A DNA stretch of 63,940 nucleotides, the filler included, from Octopus bimaculoides (taxonomy: Eukaryota), in assembly GCF_001194135.2 (NCBI RefSeq). It is 5 parts of 5 records of this genome, joined end to end, with 100 filler letters (N's around TTAATTAATTAA, not from the genome) between each part and the next. Parts side by side here need not be neighbours in the genome. Positions count along the whole stretch, not along the records: positions 1 to 31,340 come from NC_068981.1; positions 31,441 to 35,220 come from NC_069007.1; positions 35,321 to 58,904 come from NC_068986.1; 2 more parts are not named here. The stretch is one strand, 5' to 3'. The notes below the pieces were generated by a model. That model was not told where the DNA came from and made no database searches. It saw nothing but the letters and a program-made list of their open reading frames with translations. Position numbers and translations under genes: made by a program. Below are positions 26,030-36,745 of this stretch, one piece after another; position 1 is the first letter of the stretch, and every line of letters starts with the position of its first letter.

Positions 26030-26725
26030 CTATTTCAAGGTTTTGGTCAGTTTTTGGTAGGCCTTGACAGATATATTTATGTCGACTCGGAGAGACCTAT
26101 CGATCAGGAGGCAGGATTTTTGTCTGAATTCCTTCAGTGTCATGTTTGGCCTTTTATTCTCGTATTCTTTTTGTGCAAGGCTCTCACATCCACTTACCAA
26201 GTGGGTCACATTTTCCATACACTTTCCAAAGAGTCTCTATTTCTGGGTGTCAGAAGTTTTATAGATTTTATACTTCACTGAATTGGTAGCGAGGACCTGG
26301 TCTTGTTTCAGCAATAATGAGGCTTTCGGTGGTACACTCCAAATCACCTCGCTCAAGCCATGCCCACGATGCTACACTATTCGTAACGTCCTGTGTATTC
26401 CTTTCAAACTGCCCATGCATTCTCATTTCAAGGTCTTCTTTCCTCTTCTCCTCAGCTCTTTGGTTAAACTCTTCCTTGCCTATCATTTCATCTGCATTTA
26501 TACCCATGTCTTTCGCGGCATATTGCAGCAGGTCTTCTATTATTATTATTCAGTAGTTTTATCTTTATAACGTGCTTTCACTTTACTACCGATCGCAGCT
26601 CTGTGTACCTTGGGATGTGCTGTGGTCTGGTGTGATGCTCTTGTGGTTACTGTATTGAAAGTGTTTTGCGTAGGATGTGTGCAGTGCCCAGTAGTGCAAT
26701 TTTCTGTATGTTTATTATTATTATT
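26030..26725 (-). mobile_element. R4/Dong-like RLE non-LTR fragments (two stacked pieces)
   Basis: QKIALLGTAHILRKTL plus 3' UTR (26540-26715), then MHGQFER..SWAWLERGDLE..TESLII and ENVTHLVSGCESLAQKEY (CCHC zinc-knuckle region). Confidence 0.8.
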
Positions 26726-26950
26726 ATTAATTTCATGTGTCTTTAAGTTCTAATTTCAAATTCAGTCCAAGTCGACTTTGCCTTTCATCCTTTCGGGGTC
26801 GATGAAAAAAGTATCATTTGTGTATTGCGGTCGATGTAATCGGCTAGTCCCCTCCTCGAAAATTTCAGGCCTTGTGCCAGTAGTAGAAATGATTATTATA
26901 ATTATTATTTTCATTATTTATAACTTCTCTAGACTCAGCATTTTGACGTT

Positions 26951-27169
26951 TTAAGGCGGCGAGCTGGCAGAAACGTTAGCACGCCGGGCGAAATGCTTAG
27001 CGATATTTCGTCTGTCGTTACGTTTTTAGTTCAAATTTTGCCGAGATCGACTTTGCCTTTCATCCTTTCGGAGTCGATAAACTAAGTACCAGTTGCGTAC
27101 TTGGGTCGATCTAATCGACTGGGCCCCTCCCCCAAAATTTCAGGCCTTGTGCCTAAAGTAGAAAAGAAT
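26951..27169 (+). mobile_element. Full-length SINE family A with 11-bp TSD
   Basis: Consensus family A sequence flanked by attttgacgtt at 26940-26950 and 27170-27180. A partial copy precedes it at 26755-26890. Confidence 0.9.
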
Positions 27170-27364
27170 ATTTTGACGTTCTCTCACTGTGAACCACGGA
27201 TAGCTCAATTCCAGTGTTTGATTTGATTTTGCTTGCTTTTGCTTTTCTTCTATGGTATTGAGTATATTTTCTACGTCTGTGTGAAGTGTCTAGTAATGGC
27301 ATTTTCTGTATAAATTATATCTGTATACATGTTTGTATGCATATATATGTATATATGTATGGAA

Positions 27365-27680
27365 TTCTTAGGGATTACTTCCAACATTTGTCCACATTTC
27401 TCTTTATCATTCCCAAGGCGCCTATTATTCTGAGGATTATATCTCTTTTCAATACCCACATCCTAGATATCTCTATTCCCAGGTCTTCATAACAAGATCG
27501 GTTCTCCATTTTTTCTCGAGATATATTGCCGTATGTTAGAACTGATGCATCGATTAAAAGACACATTTACATCGACAATACTGCAGGGAATTATCTTTAT
27601 CAACTTCTTCATTGCACATTCTTGTCGGGTATTGGCCATGTAAAAGGCCTTTCTTGCCAGCGTCTTATCATCCATTTTTT
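27365..27680 (-). mobile_element. R4/Dong-like RLE endonuclease fragment
   Basis: CLLIDASV...YEDLGIEISRMW...IIGALGMIKR matches the RLE domain of R4-clade elements. Confidence 0.75.
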
Positions 27681-28639
27681 AATTTAGTACTTTGATTTTT
27701 AATGCATTCTCTTATTGTTTCCAGCTCCACCGAAAATTCACTCCATTTTATATTTGTTAGCCTTCTAAAAGCCAAAATATTTATCTTTATTTTTTATATA
27801 TATTTTGTCGCTAAAAACAATTTTCCCATATTTTCTTCGTGTTAATCTCCCAAGTTAACACTTATCGAAGATGCTGGATCGAAAGCAATCCATGCACGAC
27901 AATCACCACATTTTAGTAGTATGTAGGACTATATTATCCAAAGTGTTCTTCTCTGTCCATGACAGTAGGCATGTTTGGGAGGAAAGCTAACTGAAAATTT
28001 TAACTAATCAAGTGACCCTCACATCGAGTATCTCCCTCATTGACAAATGCTTATTACGGCTTTAAGTATTTCTTCAATAGATATTTTCTAATACTTTGTG
28101 GCACATATTCCTATTTTAGTGGTGGGGAGACATTAACAATGAAATTATTTTCTTTTTTGTTGTCTAGTTTGCTAATTGCTTTCACTAACATTCTAGTGAA
28201 ATTTACCGCCCTTCGCAGATCAAAAAAGGGGTCAAACATTCGTAATGGAAGCGGTGTCGAGGAAATATCTTTCAGTGGCAAGGGTTATTGGAGTTTAGTA
28301 GATACAGGAAGGACAGAATGTTCGTTAAAATAAATAGAATAATACAGTTATTATAGTTCATTATAATAATCCGTAATTTTAAATTTTGGGCATTCTAAAC
28401 ACCCGCACCTGCTCAGTATCAATGTTCCGGAAGATTAGAAACTCGCCCAACCATTTTTATTTCGGATGGATGTCATCACAACGATAAGCACAGACAACTT
28501 GAAGAGGTCTACAATATACTCGATCGACAAAACAACCAAATCTTCCTCAGCCCATAGAGCTCCTTACATCGTATAAGATAAAACAAAAAACGAACTAAAA
28601 CAAAGAAGAAAAACATCGGACGATGTGAAGTATTAGGTT

Positions 28640-29040
28640 TTGGTTTACAGTTTGACGTCAAAATTACAGTTAAGAGATTATTGTCTATGGTTCGGTTTAA
28701 GATTAAGATTTAAGCATAGGAGTATAAATAAGTGTTCAAATGTTTAAAAATAGGTTTTATGGTAATGGTTAGGGTTAATTTAAGGTTGAGGGCTAAGAGG
28801 TAGATAAGATTTCAGCGTGAGCATTTAGGTTTAGGGTTTAGGGTTAGAGTTCAGTAAGTGTTTCTGCGTGACTGTTTATGGTTGAGTATTACTACGAAGG
28901 TTTCTTGTTATGGTCTCAAGGTTAAAGTGTAGAGCTAGGGTTTTAAATTAAAGTTTTGTTTAAGCTTTGGTCTAAGCTTATGGTTTAGGATTAGTGTTAG
29001 TGTAATGGATTTAGTTTTAGGTTTAGCTTTGGAATTTAGT
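28640..29040. repeat. Degenerate GGTTAG/GGTTTAG (telomere-like) G/T-rich tract
   Basis: Repeated ggtttag and ggttagggtt motifs, highly imperfect. Confidence 0.5.
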
Positions 29041-29253
29041 CGTAATAGAAGCTGATTTCAACGTGGAAATTCATTAAAAAATTCCCAGAATTCGAAAACA
29101 AAAATTTGGAACGGAGTTGGTTAAAATTTTGAAATACTGTTTTTATGGTGTTCAAATTGGAAGTTCCTTTGTGAGAAACGTATGTAAATATTTTAAATAA
29201 AAAAAAGACTGTGTGCGTGCGTCGTTTGGAAGGGGGGGTAGTTGCTTTTCTAG

Positions 29254-29302
29254 CAGATCGAGTGACCAGGCTGTGGTTTCCTAAACGTTGTGTACTACTT
29301 CA
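29254..29302 (+). CDS. Candidate exon F (DRVTRLWFPKRCVLL)
   Basis: ttgcttttctag(cag) NAGNAG acceptor and CA|gtaagt donor. Phase 1-2 follows exon E in frame. Confidence 0.35.
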
Positions 29303-30945
29303 GTAAGTATCAAAGTATGCAGACATGAACGGATATATTTCAATGCATCCGGATGACTGAGAACGGATATTCCGAAAGGTCCGGATTTAGACTAGGGTAT
29401 AATTCTGCAAGAACTGAAAATTAAACTTTTTTTATGGAATCGTTGCCTCCGTATTCTTCTAAGATGAATTCCAAAATATTTTTCGATAGAAAATATAAAT
29501 TGAACAGATGTAGTGTTGAAAATGTTGTGAAGCTGTCTCGAGGAGGCAGTAATGGTGGATTTCCGTTCTCGAAAACAGGAGTTCGAAGACTATTTAAAAA
29601 TTTAAAAGAATGAAATGACAAGGGGAATCTCTTTGCCACCCTTTGCCACCCTTTGCCACTTTTTCAGGTTCATAATAATTTCTATCTTCTGATTCTTATT
29701 CAGACTCACTTCATCATCAATTTCCCCAGACGTCGGAATTTTCTAAAATTTAATTGAGTATTACAAAAGATATATTTCGTAGGAAACAATATTTTCTAGC
29801 CTAATTCGAAATATTCTATATGTAACATATGGCTAATAATATCTATCTATATATATATATGTATGCATATAAATATATATATATATATATATANNNNNNN
29901 NNNNNNNNNNNNNNNNNNNNNNNNNNNNNNNNNNNNNNNNNNNNNNNNNNNNNNNNNNNNNNNNNNNNNNNNNNNNNNNNNNNNNNNNNNNNNNNNNNNN
30001 NNNNNNNNNNNNNNNNNNNNNNNNNNNNNNNNNNNNNNNNNNNNNNNNNNNNNNNNNNNNNNNNNNNNNNNNNNNNNNNNNNNNNNNNNNNNNNNNNNNN
30101 NNNNNNNNNNNNNNNNNNNNNNNNNNNNNNNNNNNNNNNNNNNNNNNNNNNNNNNNNNNNNNNNNNNNNNNNNNNNNNNNNNNNNNNNNNNNNNNNNNNN
30201 NNNNNNNNNNNNNNNNNNNNNNNNNNNNNNNNNNNNNNNNCTTCCGATCTTATATATATATATATACATAATACATACATACGTGCACATATATTGTGAC
30301 ACAGAAACTTAAATGTGCACGAGTTACTACGTGTTTCAGTACGTTTTTGATAAGTTCTGATTTGCTTCCTTGTATATTTCGAAGAATGCTTACAAATGAA
30401 ATAACTTTTGTATAACCCTGCAGTCATTGTATTAATGAAAATCACCACATGAAAGCAAAGATTCATTAATTTTTTTTCTTTTTTCCAAGCTTGTATAGGT
30501 GTATCTTGTATTTTAAGTTACCAACTACACACAAGCATACTTATGCAGTGTATAAAATGAAACATAGAAACGTTTCCGGGAATACAATATATAACATAAC
30601 TGCTTAACGTGTACACACAATTATGCATCACATACACACATACTCGCTAGTCTGTATACATTGGTGTATGATTTACTGTGAGTCTCTATGCATCTATGCT
30701 CAGATTAATATATATATATATATATATGTATATGTATATGTGTGTGTGTGCATGTNNNNNNNNNNCACGTTAGAGTGCATTTGGATATGAAAGGTCTTTA
30801 CGCCACGAAAAAAATGTCGGGAGAATATTTTTTGCAAGACACTTACTGGGGCTATGAATGACACTATTAAAAAACATGGATGCTTGTGTTTCTGTTTTTT
30901 TTTTGTTGTTTTTTTTTTCAAATATGAATAAAAATTCTGTCTTAC

Positions 30946-31155
30946 ACCGTCCAATAAGAACGAATTTATTCGTACCAAAACAGCATACGGAACGTTAGAT
31001 GATATGCGTAAAGTTTGGTCAAGCAACAGTTTAGTCAATAATGGCGGAGAAGGCGGCATTGAATAAAATATATTCGTTCCAACCTCATATTTAACATATT
31101 CGCGTGCATTCGATTGCGAGATCATCTGCATTGGAAATGGTCTAGGGATGAAATT
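30946..31155 (-). CDS. Candidate 70-codon exon of an unidentified minus-strand gene
   Basis: ccaactgcag acceptor, GGT|gtaaga donor, 210 nt, phase 0-0, stop-free: NFIPRPFPMQMISQSNAREYVKYEVGTNIFYSMPPSPPLLTKLLLDQTLRISSNVPYAVLVRINSFLLDG. Confidence 0.45.
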
Positions 31156-31542
31156 CTGCAGTTGGATGTATATCAAAACACATAATGGATTGTGGTGAAT
31201 TTTCTCCAGTGTCTATTTCCACAGTGGAAATTCTTCCTCCATCTGAATACACATGAACGTGTTAATTATACTGTACATAAATATATTTTATTGGACAATG
31301 ACTCATGCTATCATTAAATATATATATATATATATATATANNNNNNNNNNNNNNNNNNNNNNNNNNNNNNNNNNNNNNNNNNNNTTAATTAATTAANNNN
31401 NNNNNNNNNNNNNNNNNNNNNNNNNNNNNNNNNNNNNNNNGCTAGTACTTATTCCATCAGCCTCCATCGGCCTCTTTTACCGAACCGCTAAGTTACGAAG
31501 ATGTAATCATATCAACATCGGTTGTCAAGCAGTTGTGAGGGA

Positions 31543-31579
<37 letters not shown>

Positions 31580-32384
31580 ACACACACACACACACTCACA
31601 CACACAGAGGCTTCTTTCAGTTTCATACATACATATATGCATACATATATGCATGCATACATAATACATAAATGCATGCATACGTACATAAATACATACA
31701 TACATACATAAATGCATACATACATACATACATACATACATGCATACATACATAAATACATACATACGTACATACATGCATACATACATATGCATACACA
31801 CCTCCCACACACACAGATATTTATAAACACTAAGATCTCCCCCACAATCCTCACCCACGTAACTGAAAGCAGATCAATTATCTTCGATGTTATAAATATA
31901 TTTCAAAAGAAAGTAATATTCCAAGGAGACAATCTGTCTGTGCTTCTGTTTATTTTGGCATCGCCGCCTCTGTCACTTTGTTTCATCAAGATCCATCAGT
32001 GATGACGCGTCAGGGTTTAGAACAGTCAGACACACCAATGGAATTGAAGCTTTCTTGGTGAACTTTCCAAAGTTCTGTAAGAAAAATATTTACAATTGCG
32101 AGAAACGTCTGGATTTAGTAACATCTGTTGATAAAAAGGATGGAGGTCGGCCAAAAGAAATCTTTTCTTTTACGTGTTTCAACCGTTGGAATACGGCCAT
32201 GCTGGGGCACCATCTTAGAGGGTTTAGTCAAAGGGTTCTCAACAATTTTTTGCTTATGGACCCCTTTGATTTCTATTTTACTTGTGTGGACCCTATTCCC
32301 ATAACATAGCCATTCGATGTGTAAAAAACTCCAATTGTATTTTTATAATTAAATATTATTAGGACTTGTATAAAAATTGGTGGT

Positions 32385-32655
32385 CGATGCCAGTGCCGCC
32401 TGACTGGCACCCGTTCTGGTGACATGTGGAAAGCACCATTCGAACGTGGCCGATGCCAGTGCTGCATGACTGGCACCCGTGCCGGTGGCACCTGTGTCAC
32501 TACACTCTCGGAGTGGTTGGTGTTAGGAAGGGCATCCAGCTGTAGAAACCATGCCAAATCAGATTGGAGTCTGGTGTAGCCTCCCGGCTTGCCAGTCCTC
32601 AATCAAACCGTCCAACCCATGCCAGCATGGGAAGCGGACGTTAAACGACGATGAT
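32385..32655 (+). mobile_element. 3' UTR fragment of the RTE LINE family seen at 48140-48965
   Basis: Tandem ~60-bp units, then gagtggttggtgttaggaagggcatccagctgtagaaac and the tail aacccatgccagcatgggaagcggacgttaaacgacgatgatga. Confidence 0.75.
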
Positions 32656-34368
32656 GATTCTGTGTATTGTAGATGTATAACTAACTTATCTGACATAATC
32701 TTTTCTGGTCTGAAGCACAGTTTTTCATGGTTCTTGAAAAATTACTGTAGACCCCAAAATCTTATATTGCATATGTGGACCCCAAAATCTTATATGGGCC
32801 CTCAGCATTCATATAGACCCTGGATGAGAATCCTCGTTTAATCGCAGAAATCGATCCCCAGGAGTTTTGTTTTAAGGTCTTGTACTTATTTTATTTGTGT
32901 TTTTTGTTGAACCGTTAAGTTATGGGAGATGTAAACCAGCCGAAAACTGGTTCTCGTGAATGATGGTGGCGACACACAAATACACACATACACAAGCACA
33001 CCACACACACAGGCACACAGTTACACACACATACTCAAACGCAGACACACATACGCGTACTCACGCACGCACACATACACACAGACATACAAACACACAC
33101 ACAAATGCAGACACGCACACATATGCACACGCACAAACACACACACAAACGTATATATGTATGTATATATATGTGTATATATATATGTATATATATATAT
33201 ATATATATNNNNNNNNNNNNNNNNNNNNNNNNNNNNNNNNNNNNNNNNNNNNNNNNNNNNNNNNNNNNNNNNNNNNNNNNNNNNNNNNNNNNNNNNNNNN
33301 NNNNNNNNNNNNNNNNNNNNNNNNNNNNNNNNNNNNNNNNNNNNNNNNNNNNNNNNNNNNNNNNNNNNNNNNNNNNNNNNNNNNNNNNNNNNNNNNNNNN
33401 NNNNNNNNNNNNNNNNNNNNNNNNNNNNNNNNNNNNNNNNNNNNNNNNNNNNNNNNNNNNNNNNNNNNNNNNNNNNNNNNNNNNNNNNNNNNNNNNNNNN
33501 NNNNNNNNNNNNNNNNNNNNNNNNNNNNNNNNNNNNNNNNNNNNNNNNNNNNNNNNNNNNNNNNNNNNNNNNNNNNNNNNNNNNNNNNNNNNNNNNNNNN
33601 NNNNNNNNNNNNNNNNNNNNNNNNNNNNNNNNNNNNNNNNNNNNNNNNNNNNNNNNNNNNNNNNNNNNNNNNNNNNNNNNNNNNNNNNNNNNNNNNNNNN
33701 NNNNNNNNNNNNNNNNNNNNNNNNNNNNNNNNNNNNNNNNNNNNNNNNNNNNNNNNNNNNNNNNNNNNNNNNNNNNNNNNNNNNNNNNNNNNNNNNNNNN
33801 NNNNNNNNNNNNNNNNNNNNNNNNNNNNNNNNNNNNNNNNNNNNNNNNNNNNNNNNNNNNNNNNNNNNNNNNNNNNNNNNNNNNNNNNNNNNNNNNNNNN
33901 NNNNNNNNNNNNNNNNNNNNNNNNNNNNNNNNNNNNNNNNNNNNNNNNNNNNNNNNNNNNNNNNNNNNNNNNNNNNNNNNNNNNNNNNNNNNNNNNNNNN
34001 NNNNNNNNNNNNNNNNNNNNNNNNNNNNNNNNNNNNNNNNNNNNNNNNNNNNNNNNNNNNNNNNNNNNNNNNNNNNNNNNNNNNNNNNNNNNNNNNNNNN
34101 NNNNNNNNNNNNNNNNNNNNNNNNGGCGATGCTCCAGCATGGCCGCAGTCAAATGACTGAAACAAGTAAAAGAGTAAAAGAGTATACCTACATCTATATG
34201 TATACATACATGCATATATGGGTACAGGACATCACAAAAAAAAAGCTAAACACAATGAGAAATGAAAACATAAAGACGAAAACAGAAAACGAACATTTTT
34301 CGAACAACGAAAAAAACAGAAACGAGACATGCAACATAAAGAGTATAACCCTTCGTCANNNNNNNNNN

Positions 34369-34416
<48 letters not shown>

Positions 34417-35320
34417 GTACAGCGGGCTTCTTGAAATGAAGTGATAAGCCTTTATATAAAATCCAAAGTTACATCTTTTTCCCTCTTATGAAATTATGCT
34501 CATGTCACATAGATATAAATTTAATGTACAAATTTGTACTTAAATTATTGAGTATGAATTGAAACAGCCGTAAGAAGCGAAGACGACCAATTTGTTAATG
34601 ATAAACAATTTTTAACTTCCTCATTTCCATTTTCTTTTCTTCTTTTAATTGGATATAAGATATAAGCTTTATATATACCGATTGTTTTAAGAGAATTTCA
34701 TTACCCAAAATTACTAGGTATTGAACCAGTATTTCCTTGGATGCAAACATCCCTTCACGTGGTTAACATATCCGCTAATTAAATTTACACACACACAAAA
34801 CTTCAGACACACATACACTCACATACATACACATACACACATACACATACACACACACGTATCTGAAACAGATTAAAATGTCCAGTAGACATCTATAAAA
34901 CACTCAATGTTAATCGAACTTGGTTAACTATATCCAACAATATGTACGTATATGTTTGTACGTATGTATGTTTGAAGGCAAGTGTACAATATGTTTACAT
35001 ATGTTTGTCTCTCTCTCTCTCTCTCTCTATCTGATGTTGCCTCCCATATTTGGTTATCTGCCAATTGATTTAGTTCCAACTTTATCCAATTCTCCATCGT
35101 CGCATTTCACAATCCCAACAGTTCGGTCAATACGACGACCAACTTCACAGACAAAAGTGCAACGTTTGTTTGTCATACTGCCCATCTCCGCTCCACTACA
35201 CACACACACACACACACACANNNNNNNNNNNNNNNNNNNNNNNNNNNNNNNNNNNNNNNNNNNNTTAATTAATTAANNNNNNNNNNNNNNNNNNNNNNNN
35301 NNNNNNNNNNNNNNNNNNNN

Positions 35321-35365
<45 letters not shown>

Positions 35366-35549
35366 TGAAATAAACATCAGAGATGTTTTGCCCCATGCAG
35401 AAACTGAGGAGCTACGCATAGAGGTTTTTGCAAGGTCTTCTAAATCCATTTCATTGCTTGAAACCCTTCCATAGTGTTGGTAGGTACCTCAGAGTCTTAA
35501 GCATTTCATCCGTTAGCCTGTACACTTTATCTGAGCTTGTCTTCACCTT

Positions 35550-36010
35550 TGGAAGCAGGTCCACTTGTGGTCTCTTATCGACCATAACCGTCTTCAGTTG
35601 ATTTCAGCTACTGTGACTATTCCTTAATGGGTTTCTTCAGTTGTCTGTGTTCCAGACCTATTTTCTGCAGGAAATAGTGCACAGATCTAGATGGAAAGTT
35701 GTGGTAGCCAACTTCAATGGGAATTAAGGCTTCATGCTAGTCTCGTTAAAATGTGGTTTAGCATGCAAAGAGTTGCTCTGTGCTGCTTGCAGGATGGGTT
35801 TTGTCTTTACCTCATATTTTAAGGTTGTTTATGAAAGAGGAGGGACACTCTTCCTTGGTCAGTACTCCAGAGTTCCTTTGCCTGGTCCTATTGCATTCAT
35901 TGACCCTGGTAGGCATGCCCTGCTGCCCTTATGCTAAGATCCTCCTTGCTCCAGGTATTGGTGTTCTTCCACCTCTTGGTGCTACAGTTGCCAAGTCCTC
36001 AAGTCCTAGT
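35550..36010 (-). mobile_element. Decayed HERO-like RLE non-LTR 3' fragment
   Basis: LIPIEVGYHNFPSRSVHYFLQKIGL and VAEIN*RRLWSIR resemble the HERO motifs PIEVGCRGF and AAE.ASRWLW. Confidence 0.5.
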
Positions 36011-36040
36011 CCTTAACAGACTACTCCAACGATCTGTGTA

Positions 36041-36197
36041 GGAGTGGCTGTGTGGTAAGTAGCTTGCTTACCAACCACATGGCTCCTGGTTCAGTCCCAC
36101 TGCGTGGCAACTTGGGCAAGTGTCTTCTACTATAGCCTCAGGCCAACCAAAGCCTTGTGAGTGGATTTGGTAGATAGAAACTGAAAGAAGCCCGTCG

Positions 36198-36238
<41 letters not shown>

Positions 36239-36428
36239 ATATGTTTGTGTGTGTCCCCCCAACATCGCTTGACAACTGATGCTGGTGTGTTAACGTCCCC
36301 GTAACTTAGCGGTTCGGCAAAAGAAACCGGTAGAATAAGTACTAGGCTTCCAAAGAATAAGTCCTGGGGTCGATTTGCTCGACTAAAGGCGGTGCCACAG
36401 TCAAATGACTGAAGCAAGTAAAAGAGTA
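36041..36428 (+). mobile_element. Composite SINE family B: tRNA-like head and CORE-like block, (TA)(TG)n, then a second module
   Basis: ggagtggctgtgtggtaag head, ggttcagtccc B box, cttgggcaagtgtctt CORE-like motif, then a microsatellite and the module gtaacttagcggttcggcaaaag...aaatgactgaagcaagtaaaagag. Confidence 0.85.
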
Positions 36429-36459
36429 TGTAGATATATACATTATATAACTACACACA

Positions 36460-36745
36460 CATACACTGATGAACAACATATGACCCTCAGGCGACCTGCA
36501 CAAGTGATTTGTTTATAGTGATCAAATGTATATGCAGTACATTAACTCAGTCCCTCCAGCGACATTGTCTGTACAGGTACACAAGTGTGCCACCCGTCAA
36601 ATGCTGAAATGCTCACAGAGTAATGTGAAACGAAGTGTTTTGCTCAAGAACACAACACGCCGCCCGGTCCAGGAATCGAACCCACGATCTAGCAATCGTG
36701 AGTGCAACACCCCACCCTAATCACTAAGCCACACACCCTCACACA
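36460..36745 (-). mobile_element. SINE family C
   Basis: tggcttagtg A box, gggttcgattcc B box and tgtgttcttgagcaaaacactt. Homologous to 50358-50630. Confidence 0.75.

Noticed and set aside
28040-28333. 97-aa ORF with a hydrophobic stretch
   Set aside because: It has no recognisable homology, its acceptor phase does not link to the exon chain, and it is within chance expectation for AT-rich DNA.
31385-31396. TTAATTAATTAA island inside N runs (also 35265-35276, 58949-58960, 62401-62412)
   Set aside because: It is centred in a 100-nt gap (44 N each side where counted) and has stops in all six frames. This is an assembly placeholder, not biology.
32956-34434. Long ORFs of 200-490 aa spanning N gaps (also near 14.1-15.0, 19.6-20.3, 21.6-22.4, 29.8-30.5 and 38.7-39.8 kb)
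   Set aside because: They consist of X residues plus microsatellite translations.
34540-34580. GAAACAGCCGTAAGA as a hammerhead half-site
   Set aside because: No intact CTGANGA or stem II lies upstream.
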